Shown piece after piece: positions 30,041-44,085 of a stretch of DNA of 64,000 nucleotides. The position numbers and the translations under genes are program-made. This DNA comes from the human T2T-CHM13v2.0 reference genome, Homo sapiens. Within the stretch, counting starts at the first letter, position 1. Every line of letters starts with the position of its first letter. Under the pieces are notes generated by a model. The model saw only the letters and a list, made by a program, of their open reading frames with translations, had not been told where the DNA came from and made no database searches. The stretch is from assembly GCF_009914755.1 (NCBI RefSeq), contig NC_060934.1. The stretch is one strand, 5' to 3'.

Positions 30041-30766
30041 TAACCTAGACTCTTATAAACATTTACAACAATCAGAGATAATAACAACAGTAAATTTGTC
30101 TGGTGACACCTGTGGAATCCTCCTCAACTATTTCAGGTAAGGTTTACTGCTTCTTCCTCTGTAATTTGCCTGTTCAGATTTCTACTATATCATTATCTAC
30201 TCTATACATCATTTTTTTCCACTAAAGTGTAAGTTCTATCAGGACAAGACAATGTCTCATTCATTTTTGTATCCTATAAGGACAGCATATTGCAATGCTG
30301 GTACATAGTAGGTGCTTAATTGAATGAACATGTAACTGTGAAAATTCCTGGCTATCTTATCATTTCTCATCTATCTGAACTCCTGTTTCAGCCCCCTTTA
30401 AGAACAGGAAGAAAGGGTTTGATAACTGACGAGTTTAATTACAATCACATCTTTTCCTAACAGATTAAAACACCTCAACAAGTAAAGTTTTACTAGTTTC
30501 ACCACAGTCTTGAAGTTCCAAGCATTCTCAAGAATAGAAAAATAACCCATAACAGTTTATTTAAACCCTAGGAAAGCCTATGATAGCCCTAGGAAAACAC
30601 TAAGAACTTTATATAATCCGCCTGTGATCCCTGCCATCATCACTAAAGCAAAATGCATGAGCAGCCCCTCCCAGCTCCCCATGTTGTTTCTGCCTTTCGG
30701 TGAACATTTTCTCCTCTTGCTACCATAAGTAGTAACATTAGTATCTAGTAGCAAGCTTTGCTGTTG

Positions 30767-30832
30767 CAAACTTCCAGGTGATGCCCTCCTCCTGGTTCCC
30801 GGGCCAGGAGGAGGGCATCACCTGGAAGTTTG
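30767..30832. repeat. Perfect 29-bp inverted repeat, 8-nt loop
   Basis: CAAACTTCCAGGTGATGCCCTCCTCCTGG-ttcccggg-CCAGGAGGAGGGCATCACCTGGAAGTTTG. Confidence 0.97.
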
Positions 30833-30900
30833 TTAGAAATTCGGCATCTTATTTCTTACTAGATCCACTGGCGATTCAAATGCACATTAAAACTTTAGGC
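30793..30900. mobile_element. MER5A-like fragment
   Basis: TGGTTCCCGGGCCAG..GCATCACCTGGAAGTTTGTTAGAAAT resembles the MER5A consensus. Confidence 0.6.
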
Positions 30901-31014
30901 ATTTTTCCGTAAGAGCTGGCTGTGCCTGGCTTTAGATTCAAGCTGGCTATACTTGGGCTCTAGATTTGAAGGCCACTACAGACCATCTGAAGTGCATTTG
31001 GCAAATCAACTCAC

Positions 31015-31500
31015 TCAGAGATTCTTATGCTGTGTGCATTTTAGAACCACCTGGGGAGATTTTTTTTAAATCAAAATGCCTATGCTCCACCCTAGAGATT
31101 GAATTGGCCTAGGACCCAGTTTTGTTGTTGTTGTTGTTGTTGTTGTGCTGCTGCTTGTTTGTTTTTGAGACAAATCTCTGTCATCCAGGCGGGAGTGCAG
31201 TGGCATGATTATGTCTCACTGCCTCACACTTGGGCTAAAGCAATCCTCCCGCCTCAGCCTCCTGAGTAGCTAAGACTACAGGTGTGTGCCACCAAGCCCA
31301 GCTAACTTTTTATTTTGTAGAGACGGGGTCCCCCTATGTTGCCTAGGCTGATCTCAAACACCTGGCCTCAAACAATCCTCTTGGCTTAGCCTCACAACGT
31401 TCTGGGACTTCAGATGTGAGCCACTGTGCCTACCCCCAATATTTTTTAAAGCTCCCCTAGCTAATACTAATGGACAGCTAGAGTTGGGAACCACTGATTA
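31015..31500. mobile_element. MER5A-like element split by a minus-strand AluJ (31120-31436, (TTG)n tail)
   Basis: GAACCACCTGGGGAGATTTT... and ...GAGTTGGGAACCACTG flank the Alu. Confidence 0.75.
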
Positions 31501-31773
31501 ACTTCTATAAGCTTCTATCAAATGGGACAATTAATAGTAGCTGCCTCGTGGGGGTGTGAAGACCAAACCTGATCACCTTTGAAAAGCTCTTGGTCCAGTA
31601 CTTGTAACATTTAAGTGATCAACAAATGGTAGTTATTATTATAATACCTGGAAACCCGGAAATGAATGCAACAACAGGGATAAAAAGAATAGGCTCAGAT
31701 TGTACTAGTCTGGTCCCATCCTACAGGTAAGTAACTGCCACAGTCAAAGAACACATTATCTCCAAGGACAAGT

Positions 31774-31846
31774 TTGCCCCTTACCTGACACTTTGAGTTT
31801 CCTTGAAGCTTTCTGAAGGAAACTCAGAGTGTCAGGTAAGGGGCAA
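31774..31846. repeat. 31-bp inverted repeat (one mismatch), 11-nt loop
   Basis: TTGCCCCTTACCTGACACTTTGAGTTTCCTT-gaagctttctg-AAGGAAACTCAGAGTGTCAGGTAAGGGGCAA. Confidence 0.97.
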
Positions 31847-34072
31847 GGTGTCAGAAAGGCCAGCACCTTCATTTGGAATTTATTGATGGAAGGTGGGGGA
31901 GCATAGTTTCAACAAGGCTGTAACACAGGAAATCCCCCTTACCACACCTTTCTGATTTACACTGATTCTTGATACACACCACATGTGTCCTCGACTCTCT
32001 TTTCCCCTCCCCCTGAGTTTTCAATCGTTCTGTTCCACATTTAGGTGATGAAAACTTAAAACCTGTGGTTATAACTTCTATGAGAAATTTCATTTTGAAA
32101 GCTTGCTAAATTTCAACTTTATTGCCATGAGAAAAACAAAAGAAACAAAAGACCTCAGTCATTCAGTGACACAAAAACCCCAAGTGAAGACATTTCATAA
32201 ATGTAAGTTTTCTGCTGCAAGTTGTTGAAAATCCTGACTTTTGGACAGGGGTGCCATTCATTTGCTTCTACAAATGTTCTATGAAACAATAGCACTTATT
32301 TTTCTAATAGTTTTAGGTTACATGTTTAGTTTCACCTATGGATTTTAACTTGGCTAAGCCTAGCCTATAGATCCTTTTGAATCTACATCTCACAGGATTT
32401 ATCCTAAGTCTACTCTTCCAAGGAGATTCGTAATGGCCAGGCAAATAAGTCCATGATCTGCTTTTCCAACAATTACAAGGAAATAAACTCCCAGATGAGA
32501 ATAACATACCTATCAGGCCACTGAGAGATAACCAAAGATTTACCTCAATGGTGATTACATTCATTTTTTAAAGTGTGCATGGCTTAGTGACTAAGTCACC
32601 AGAAAGCTCAAGTTATATTTCCACTCCTCTGCTTATTCACTATGGGCCTCCTCTGCAGTAAAGGAAGCAGACTCCTCCTCCCTCTCACTGGGTGCATTGT
32701 GATAGCTAATGAATGTCTGCATTTCAATGGCTTTTAGAATCTTTTTGGAAGTTTCAGAAGTGATTTTGGCATCCCACAGAGTGCTCTCAAATAGTGCTCC
32801 TATTCTCTGGACTGGTTTCTAACCACACCTTGGGTTTGGGGCCTACTGCAAAGGGGGTCTGGGATTCAAGTCCTAAGTCTCCAAGAATGTCATTCTACAG
32901 CCTCTTCAGGAGTCTGTCAATGAATGACAGTTTAAAAACATGGAAGAATCCAGGAGTAAACTCACCCTTGCACACCTACAAGCACACATGGCCTCTCCCA
33001 GAAACCACAGACCCACTCTAGTCTCCCAGAGAACCTGTTTCAGATTGGCCCAACCACCCCCAAAACACAAGTACCTACACCAGTTCACTTCAGTGGAGTG
33101 GAGGGATTACTTTTAGCTGTTATAGTTCATTTAAGAATGTCATGCTTAAATGTATAAGTAATGAGTTCTAATCCCAGCTCTTCTACGTAAAAGCCCTGTT
33201 ATTTTGAGCAACTTCCTTGAGTCTGTTTTCTCAGTTATAAAATGGAGATGCCAACTTAAAATAAGATTACCGTACTGTGAAAATCAGAGGAGTTTTTACA
33301 ATCTTTAAATATTACAAATGTAAAGTGTAATTATTTTTCTCCTGCAGACAACTGGCTAGGGAGCTATTCAAAAATGGTGACCTTCTGCCTTCTTTAGTCT
33401 GTTTCTAACTAAAAATTATCCCAGGTATTTAAAAATCTTTATTTGTTGGCTGATTAGTATTCAAATTCACAGAGCAGCATTAATGAGATGAGTAATATTC
33501 AAAGAGAATCAAAAATTCCTTAGCCAGGATTTCTTACAAATGACACAGTGATATACTATTTGAGCCAAAAATCAAAACAATGTTAGTGTCACTTTCTATC
33601 TGCATCCAAAACTTTACAAAGCACTTGTTTTATTAAAGGATATCATATTTTGATGCATAAGGTTAGTTTTGCTATGGCCATTTTTGTGACACTTACCCAA
33701 AGAATGTACTATAGTTATTAAAAGGATTAAGATGGATAATGGTGTTTAAAGAGATGTTACAGGGAAAGAATTAATTTAGATCAGAGAAATATGATACTAT
33801 AGCACAAATAACAAACAGATAACTTCTTGTTTAAAAAAAAAAGTACCAATGAAAGAGAATAAACAGGTCCTCTGCATATATTCTTTACCCACTGAAAAAC
33901 ACACCATAATTACCAACTATAAGGTTATCTAGACAAGCAAGTTTTATAACAATGTGATTCTATCTATATACTTTAAAATGTATATACTTCTGTATGCATG
34001 GCAAATGATCTGAAAAGATACAGGTCAGACTGTTGAAAGTGGTTATACCTATGGAGTAGAACTGGGGATGGA

Positions 34073-34693
<621 letters not shown>

Positions 34694-34869
34694 GGCTTTC
34701 AGTTTTTATTTGATGTACATATTATTTAATGAGAGTATTCATGTGCATGCATTACATTGATAATAAAATGAATGAAAAGCATAAATCTGTAGAAGTATGA
34801 AGAAGTTAAGCAACAACTAGAAGTGGGAGAGAGGTTATTAGCATATTAGCTACCAAATAAGTGGGAAAT

Positions 34870-35600
34870 AACCAGTCAACAAGTACTTACTGAAGAGCTA
34901 CTACATAAAAGGCACTTTACTAGATTGTAGAAACTACAGAAATGTTACAATCACTACTCTCACAGTGCCCTATAATCTAGGAGTAGAGCCAAGTTTACAT
35001 GAACATTCACAAAAAAATACCTGAGAACATAAAGCAGAATACGAAAATGGCCACAAGAGTGATTTTTAGACAATAAGTATTTTAGAAACTCAGGCTCAAT
35101 AAGTGTTTCATAAATGAATTAATTAAACACTTTGAGCTAAGATAGCAAAGAATCATAGAAAAGGAGAAAAAACTTGAGCAGGGCTTTGAAAAGTAGGCAG
35201 AATTCAGAAATGGGTAGAATGTGGCAGAGGGATGATAAGGTGGAATATCCAGAGGGTTAGAAATGAAAAGAATGTCAGAGAGGGTAGAAGTAGAGTAACA
35301 AGCTATACCATCTGCTTGTAAATAAACTTAGGTTCCTATAGGGAGGCGGAGAGAAGAAGCTGGCCAAGGAGTGCAGACTGACCTTAGGGAGCCTTGGAAA
35401 GCTCAAAAACTTGAGCTAGCAGACAAGGGATGTCGGTGAAGGTTTCGAGCTAGGCAGTGACAGGAGGAAAGTGGAGCTTCAGAAAGGTTAATAAGACAAC
35501 AAGATGGAGAGAGGCTGAAAACAGGAAACCCAGCTGAGACGTGCTACAGAACAGGTGTGAGGTGATGAGTGCCCAAACCAGATGAAAACAGTCACAAGGG
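34870..35600. mobile_element. L2 fragments
   Basis: CAACAAGTACTTACTGAAGAGCTACTA... and purine-rich L2-like body. Confidence 0.55.
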
Positions 35601-36689
35601 AAACAACAATAATTATCATTTAGCCCTATTTACAAGCAAACTTTCAAATCAGACTCCAGCTAATATAAAGGCCTTTCCTCTAGGGGAAAGGCCTTTGAAG
35701 CTGACTTGGTAGAGGAATGAGAAACACTGTGCTGCTATGTTATAACAGGGGTAATGAAAATCACCAGCTTTGGAGAGAGACTGCCCTGGATTCAACCACA
35801 GCTCAGCCATTTACTAGTACAGTTACTTAACCCCTGAGACATTTTGCAGACTGTATAACCTCTTTGTTCCTTGATTTCTTCATTTTAAGTGTCTATAGCT
35901 GTGTTCCCTACTTGAATTTAACAAAATCTCAGTTCAAACAGAAAGATAAGGCAAAGAAGTATGAAGAAAAGGCTTTCTTGAAATCTCACCTTTATCAATT
36001 CCCTTTTCTCTTCACAGGACTTCACTAGGCTTAAAACTTGAAGGAAGAATAAGTCAGAGTATGGTTCAGTGTATAAATAAAAAGTAATTATAAAATTGCC
36101 CAGTAATTTTTTCAAATATTCTCAAAATTGTCCAATAATTTTTTCAAATATTCTTATTTCTCTTTTTTCCTGAAATTTCCCTTACATCAATAACACCATT
36201 GATCCATTTCTATTATTCCCTTCAATGCATCTGCTTCCAAAATATACCTCCTTCCTAGAGAAACTATAAGTCCTTTCCTACATTGGATCAGTTGTTGTTC
36301 TACTCCTTCAACATGTCCTAAAATGTGACAATCATTTCTTTCAACTGTTCATGTGTCTTCCTGCAGTTATCGTTCTCTGTTTTACCTAACAACTATTTTG
36401 TGTCATAACCCACAAGACCTTTGAATATGTTCATGGGACTATATTCATGGGAAGGCATATGGCACACATTTTTTTAATGCTCCACAATGCTTAGTTTAGG
36501 GGTTTCGGAGCCAGACAAATGAATGGACGAATAAATAGGACAATGCATGATTCAAAGATTGAATCCCTCTCTTACCTAAGCACAATACACGACTGGGATC
36601 TAATCCTGGTTCTACCAGCTATTTAATACTTCATAGCAGAGGCTCCATTTAAGCTTGAAGGTTTAATGATTGATATCACTGAGTCCCTG

Positions 36690-36900
36690 TGGCACAACTC
36701 ATTAGCTGGGTAGTCTTGGGCAAATTACTTAACCTCTCTGTGCCTTGGTTTCCCCATCTGTCAAATGGGGTAAACAGTACTTTCCTCATAGGGTTGATGG
36801 AAGGATTAATGTATTAATGCATGTATACTGCTTAAAACAGTACCTGGCACATAATAAGCATTCAATAACATTAAGTATTATTATTATGGTTGTGTTATTA
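36690..36900 (+). mobile_element. MIR
   Basis: CTTGGGCAAATTACTTAACCTCTCTGTGCCTTGGTTTCCCCATCTGT core. Confidence 0.85.
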
Positions 36901-37968
36901 CTATTATTGGGCTGCAGAGAAACATTCATTCTTCCATAGTATTTAAGAGATAATGTCCCAAATCTGGGCAGTTTACCTTTTCCCAGCTTTCTAACTTCGC
37001 ATTCCAAACCAAGTGAAAATAAGGTACTGGTTTAACCCCTAATTCCTTCAACACAAACATATAGATACATGCATGCACCCATCTTTTCTAAATATACAGC
37101 ATATACATTTCACTCTTCATTATCTGCTACACAAAAACCAAAACACATATATTTAGGTTTGTAAATAACATAAATACTTTGTTTGACTTAATGTGTCTGT
37201 TCCATGCAGTATGATGGTGGTTATATCTATATTGGTTTTTGTATGTGTAACAATAGCAGTGTATTTTTATTGTAAATTCCTAAGGACAAAAATGACTTGC
37301 TTAAGTCAGTCTGGGTACTTGGACTAAATTGGAGTGCATATTCAGAAAAGAATTTTAGAAAAATTAGAGAAAGAGGGAAATTAATGGGTACTGACTTAGC
37401 AGAAGGTTTAATGAAAGATGGAATTTGAGCAGAGCTTTCAAGAACAGGTAAAATTTTCAATTTCAGGGGAGAGGGAGATGTGTGTTCAACATGGAAAGTA
37501 TAATATATGTAAGTGGAGAAGTAGAGGAACTAAGCAAAGATTGGTCTAACTAAAGAGAGGACACTGGAGACTACTACAAAATTTATGTTTAATATATAAG
37601 ATCACAGCACTCTTGAGAGTACAGTTCATGTTTATTCCTCTTGGTTGCCCCAATATCTAGCACTAAGTCTGGCTTATATACAACTGATAATCAAAAAACA
37701 TTTATTGAATTGAGCAAAATTACACTGTCTTTTACCATATCAAAGTGAAGAAAACTGAATGGAACTGAACTCAACTCAATTAGATCATGAAAGCCAATGG
37801 ATAAAATAATTCAACAAACTTGTACAAGGTATGTAAACCTTGAACAGCACTAACCACTAGTCAAGAAATATGTCTTCACTTTGCCTAAATTACCACTGAT
37901 AGACAAGTTCAGGGAATGAAACACAAAATTCTCTCATTCTCATATTCATTCTCACTCTCTTTCTCTCT

Positions 37969-37969
<1 letters not shown>

Positions 37970-38002
<33 letters not shown>
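37970..38002. repeat. (CA)n microsatellite
   Basis: Pure CA run. Confidence 0.97.
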
Positions 38003-38005
<3 letters not shown>

Positions 38006-39954
38006 CTCAGAGTTTCAATCTACTGTCTTACAGACTGAGATAGCTGAAAGCATGATTAAGGAACTAAGAAGTACCCAAATCAAGATTCTTAACATCTAAT
38101 CCATTTTGATGAAGGATTCTCAGACAAGACTTCTGACTACAGGAGTCCAGATCACATGACCAGCAGACTAAGCAAAACCAGAAAACTTTTTGAAAGAAAC
38201 TGCTTTTCTTCCATGAGGTCCCCATCCCATCAGTAGGGACTGCGAGACCAGGAGAGATAATTTAAATGAATTTGGCAGATGAAATAATAATTTGGTATTG
38301 GCAACAGTAGTACAGTTGCATTGTACAAAAAAAATTGATGAATTACCTTTTTCCCCAAGGTGGTAAATTATACAAATGTGGGTCAGCATTAAAAGGTTTA
38401 TTTACTGGCTTTTCTGATTCGCTGAAATTAATTAAGCCACCTCCACAAGTAATGGACCAGTATTTCTTGGTCTCTACCACTTCTAGCAGTAGGCACGTGG
38501 CCACAATGACTACACTGTGACTAGACATGGTGACTAAATCTTTGTAAGATACAAATTCAGATTTACTGGGATATAGTGAACTGCAGCTCACACTCAGGGC
38601 CTGCGTACAAAATTTCAAAGGTATTACAGAAATGCATCCATTTTGATTTCAAAAGGCAGAATAAAATAAACATAAATAAAACTTCATAAATAAACATACA
38701 TAAAATTTCAGGTGATTACTGACACTTTTTAATACAATATTAAATTATATCAAATCCTTCTAAAGTTATTGGCAGACAAATTGTGAAATGCCAAGGATGA
38801 AGTTAGAATGAGGTCTTTTCTTGGGCCTAAAATTCTCTACAAACTGCTTTTAGCTGCTGCTGCTGAAGTAACAAGAAGTCAATAGTAAGTAATTTGACAA
38901 TCACACCTGGGCCCCATTAATCTTCCCAGCTTCAGTGTCAAACAGAGGCCTGAAACTAGATGCCTACTCAATGAGTAAATAAATGATTATAAAATACTAG
39001 CCTACATTTACTCTACAAAAGAAGGAAGAATAACATAAAATAACAAGCAAATTTTAAGACCTTTTACTTTATAAAACTTGCAATGTAAGGATCTAATTAA
39101 TAATTCAATTTTAGGATCTGTCTTTTAAGCATGCTTTGTAACTCAAACCTTGACAAATGCAGTTATTATAACACAGTTTAGTTAGAGGGAGGGGATGAAT
39201 GTGTCTAGTGATTTGGAAAGGGAAGATGGGAGAGAGCAAGTGTCATGGAAGGCCCCTGTTGAAATGTGTCCTTCCCTTCTCCAATGAAGTAAAATAAAAT
39301 AGCCTCTTTTTTCCTCTATGGCCAATTCCATTTTACTATGCCTAAATTTCAAGATTCCCATAATCTGATCTGGATTTACCCAACCAACATTTTCTCTCAC
39401 ACATGTACTTTCTTTTTCTTCTTCTTCTTCAATTACATATTTTGAAGTTAAGAAAAATAGATTAGAATGTATTAAAACTCAATTTAAACATAATTCTAGC
39501 AATATGAACTTTGCTTGGGATAATTTCTAATGTACTTTATTTTATACATTTTTCTTTAATTATAAACATTTCTATTTAACAAAAATGTGTAAATAGGCTT
39601 CTATAAAAGAGATTTTGACATGGTTTTACCACATGAAGATAATTCTAACATACTTTCTATGTAGCCAGGGTGGTCTCCTTCCTGCCCAAATATATACGAG
39701 GATTTGCCTCATGCTCTCTCTCTTGAGTTGCATATCCTCTCTTCTTGTCTCTCTCTCTCTAAGGTCTACCTACCTATCTAACTCCCACCTAAGTCTCACC
39801 AGCATTCAACTCTACTTTTCTTGTTATACCCTGGCAAACTATTATATTCCACTTAGCACTTCATTCTAAATTGTCTTTCTGTTATTCTTCAGTTTTGTCA
39901 GTGTTAATGTTGTCTCACCAACTACACTATTGGTTCATTGACAGCAGATGCAGT

Positions 39955-40450
39955 ATCTTTTGAAGAATACAAGTCAGGTATCTTGTAGAGTATCCTTCAG
40001 TTTGGGTTTGACTAATGTTTTCTCATGTTTACTGAGAGTTACAGATTTGGGGAAAGAATATTACATGGTGAAGTGCCCTTCTCATTATATCATATCAGAG
40101 AATAATACATGATATCAATATGACTTATCTGCTGATGTTAACCTTAGTCATTGATAAAATGATATCTGTCAATTTCTTCAGTGAAAAGTTACTATTTTCC
40201 CCTTTGGAGACTCTCTTCTTTAAATCCAAGTCACACTCAAGGGAAGAAGAATTAAGCTCCACCTCCCAGAGGTGGAGAATTTGTGGACATATATTAAAAC
40301 CACCACAATAATTAGTTAATAAATATTATGAGGGAGATGCTTTAAGGCTATGCAAATATCCTCTTTTAAAGTTCCACCCGCTAAGTCCAACACTTGATTA
40401 AGGTATCTCGCCTAAAGCAATTATTACTGTTGTGTTCTAATGGTGATTTG
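39955..40450 (-). mobile_element. L1MC-like 3' fragment
   Basis: GAAGAATACAAGTCAGGTATCTTGTAGA...TATGCAAATATCCT. Confidence 0.6.
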
Positions 40451-41349
40451 GGATAGCATCTTTTATTTATTTTATATTCTGCCATTCTTTGTCTAGCATG
40501 AAACTAAACAGAGAGTAGATAATCAGTACATACTTATTAAATGTAACAGAATTTCAAAACCATTATGTGAAATAAAATGAGATAATAGAAAGTGGATAAG
40601 TTCAAGGCAAATATGTATTTTGGCAGTTGTGCTGTTCTTACACCATAAGTCTTGATTGATAGAATGGGATTAAAAAGAAAAAGAATTAATTACTTCATCT
40701 GTGGAAAAGCTTCCTAGAGAAAAGAGAATAATAATAGTTATACAGTGTCTTAGAGTTTACAAAGTATACACACATTCATCATTTAGAATTCAGAAGCTCT
40801 CTGAAGAGAAAAATCTTCAGGAGATAAAGATAAAAGATATTTGAAAGTTGTGAAAAGGCACTGTTACACCAGGAATTGAAAAATCAGGAATAGAAATTAC
40901 ATTAGACTAACAAAGAAAAGCAAAAGTAAAGGCAAGGTAGAAACAGATACAATTTTTTAAAATGTAGTTCTAGTGCAAGGCTTTAAACTGGGTAATAAAG
41001 TTAATTTAACACATAGCATAAAATAAAGACAACTTAGACAACCACAGATAAAGAGCACATGGTTAAAATCATGAAGAATGCCATTAAAAAATAAGCATCA
41101 AGAATGGACTGCATGGGAATATGTGTTGAAAGTGTAAAATGAATGGAATCTTCATGTATACCTTCAGTCATTTCTCCACTGGTCACCTCCATTTTCCCAG
41201 GGCCTTTCACAGTGCTTTTAACCTAGCATACACCCAAGAAAATTTGCTGAAGATCTACCATGTGTCATAAAGGCTAGACATTGTGGATATACAATAATTA
41301 GATACGGTGTCTTCCTATAAAGAATTTGCATTCTAGATGGAAAGGTAAA

Positions 41350-41466
41350 ATATATATATATATGTATATATATAAAGTTGAATGTCTATATATATATATA
41401 TAAAGTTGAATGTGTATATATATGTGTGTGTGTGTGTGTGTGTATATACATATATATATATATACA
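41350..41466. repeat. Compound (TA)n/(TG)n repeat with a duplicated TAAAGTTGAATGT unit, inside an L2
   Basis: Read directly from sequence. Confidence 0.92.
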
Positions 41467-42440
41467 TAAAATTAAATGGCAAAACAAGGCAGAAGGAGCC
41501 AAAAGAAAAGCATAAAGAGTAAAAGCTACAGCAGTCTAAAGAAAGAAGAGATCACTGTGGAATGACCTGTTCAAGAACAGTTTTGTGCAAATAAGGAACA
41601 TTTGCAATGGGCCTTCAAAAACTAGGTGAGATGGAATAAGCTCTGACTTAAGCCAAGAGAAATACATTCAATGCATATTCATATAGTAACTGAACAAAGG
41701 TACGGGGTTGAGATAATAAAGGTGCTTTAAGAAGACAGTGAACAATCAAGTAAGTTGGGCTGTAATAAAAGGTATATGGAAACACAGGGTAGTAAAAGTA
41801 AGCTGAGACTGAAATGTGAAAGGTTTTGAATGTCAGGTTGAGGAGTTTGAACATATTATGTAAGCAATCCAAAAATAACCATAGTTTTTTAGCAAAAGAG
41901 CAACATGATGAATATGACATTTTAGAAATATTAAGCTGGCTTTTGATGTACATTTAAAAAATGGTGTACATCTTCATTAAAGATGCAGTTATGGTCTTAA
42001 AAAAACATGCTTACAAATAAATCACATTGAATACAATACAAAGAGGGGAAGACTGGAAAAAAATAAACTTAAGAACAGAAGAATAACCCAAGATTTCCTT
42101 GTTGAGAGCAGGTAAAGCATAACATTACATAGAACAAAAAGGAAGTTAGGCAACAGTAAGATTCCTTGGGTATAAAGAACAACTCTATTTTTACTTCTTC
42201 CATCATCACTATTTGTGTATATAATTCAAGGTGCCTAAGCATAGAGTAGAATAGTTAACTGCATTAAAGGAGTAACCAGTGAAGCTCCCAAAGTGATACA
42301 TAAACAGTGGTTTTACAAAGTTAGAGAAAATACAGTTGCATTAATGTGCTCAGAAAGTATCTGGAAAACAGAAGACACATGAGTTGTTAATTGCATTATT
42401 AATTCATGGGAAAACAAGGGGAACAACAAAATCACATCGG

Positions 42441-42737
42441 GGCCAGGCACAGTGGCTCATGTCTGTAATCCCAGCACTTTGGGGAGGCTGAACTGGGCAG
42501 ATCAGTTGAGGTCAGGAGTTCAAGACCAGCCTGGCCAACATGGTGAAATCCCATCTCTACTAAAAATACAAAAATTAGCGAGGCATGGTGACGCACACCT
42601 GTAATCCCAGCTACTGAAGAGGCTGAGGCACGAAAATCACTCTACCTGGGAGGTAGAGATTGCAGTAAATCAAGATAATGCCACTGCCCTCTAGCCTGGG
42701 CAAAAGAGGAGACTCCATATCGAATAAAAAAAAAAAA
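42441..42737 (+). mobile_element. Alu
   Basis: Dimer with A tail. Confidence 0.95.
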
Positions 42738-43439
42738 CTTATCAGGGTAGCAATATAAACGGATTAACCAGAAAAGTGGAAGCTTTTTGCTCAATGCTAC
42801 AACTATCCATTCATTTTAACATTAGTACATAACAAAAGCCACCTTTGGTTCTCAACTCTGTTCCTTAAAGATAATTCTCCTTACATTCTCTCAATCCTCT
42901 CAGGTAATTCCATAAATCTACCTTCTGCCTTCTGTAAAAGCTTCAGTCTCATTAAATCTTACTCACTCCTTAATCCCACTTTAAAACATTAAATATATAT
43001 TAGAAATTTGCTGAAGTTGCCTTTAATGAATGTAAGAATCCTTACCTTTCTTATAGTGTTGTGCAGTCAAAAAAATAACTTACAAACATTACCTCTTAGA
43101 ACCTTCAGAGAAGCAAGGTACAGCAGGTAATCATCATCATCCACATGCTATAAACAGTAAGCCCTGGGCCACACATTCATAAGTCATAGGGCCAGGCATG
43201 CAGTGCAACCTTCCTAAGTCCAAATTCCATTTTCTCTTCACTGTATCATTCAGTTTCATAATGTGCCAGTAGGTATATCTTATTACTCAAAATGTATGTT
43301 GTTATTCTGTACTACGTCTAAGTAAATACATTTTTTAATAAGATGCCTTTATGCCCAAGTGCTTACTACAGGACCATTTCCTAAGAAGGCTTAATTACTT
43401 TAAGATGCTCATGATGATAACAGTTATCACTAGATGAAA

Positions 43440-44085
43440 AGGGACAACAGAAGCATAATGTTTTCAAAATTGCTGAGACTATACCAAGAACATTTTGCCT
43501 TGAATTCTGCAATGCAACATGCAACAACAAAGACAGTATGGGTAATTTAAGGATATGTGAGCTTCAAAGGGCAGAAATAGGACATTCTCATTCTCTTTAA
43601 CTCTGCTAAAGCCTCAAATACTGATATAGTTCAGAGCATCTTATTACTAGGAAAACATAAATCAAAAGGAGTTCGGCTAGGAGCAATAAAACAGATTAGT
43701 GTCTGGAAGGACTGACTTTAAAGAAAGTTTTAAAAGAATTAGATCCAGGTAGTCTAGATAAAAAACAGCTATGAGGAAACATTTTTTTTTAAGCTAACAC
43801 TCACACCAAAGGCAGAAATTATTTTGAAGATAGATGTCTAAAAAATGCAAACAGGAATAATTGTAAATCCTTATAAAGGGAAAATTCAGGAGAAATTTCC
43901 CAGCAAAAGCTTATGGGACAGAAGAACTCTCTCCCCTATGAGTGGTGAAAAACTACATTCCTAGAGATATTTAATGCCAGGTTGGACAAAACAAGAAAAG
44001 GATTCCATATGGAATGATCCTATACTGGCCCCTAACGTGATAGAGGACTGAAGGTAACCTCTTAGATCTTTTCCGTTTATGTTTT
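43440..44085 (+). mobile_element. Ancient CR1/L3-type LINE 3' fragment
   Basis: GGAGTTC..AGGAGCAATAAAACAGATTAG..TCTGGAAGGACTGACTT..AAGAAAG and AGGTTGGACAAA resemble CR1 ORF2 end and 3'UTR. Confidence 0.55.
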
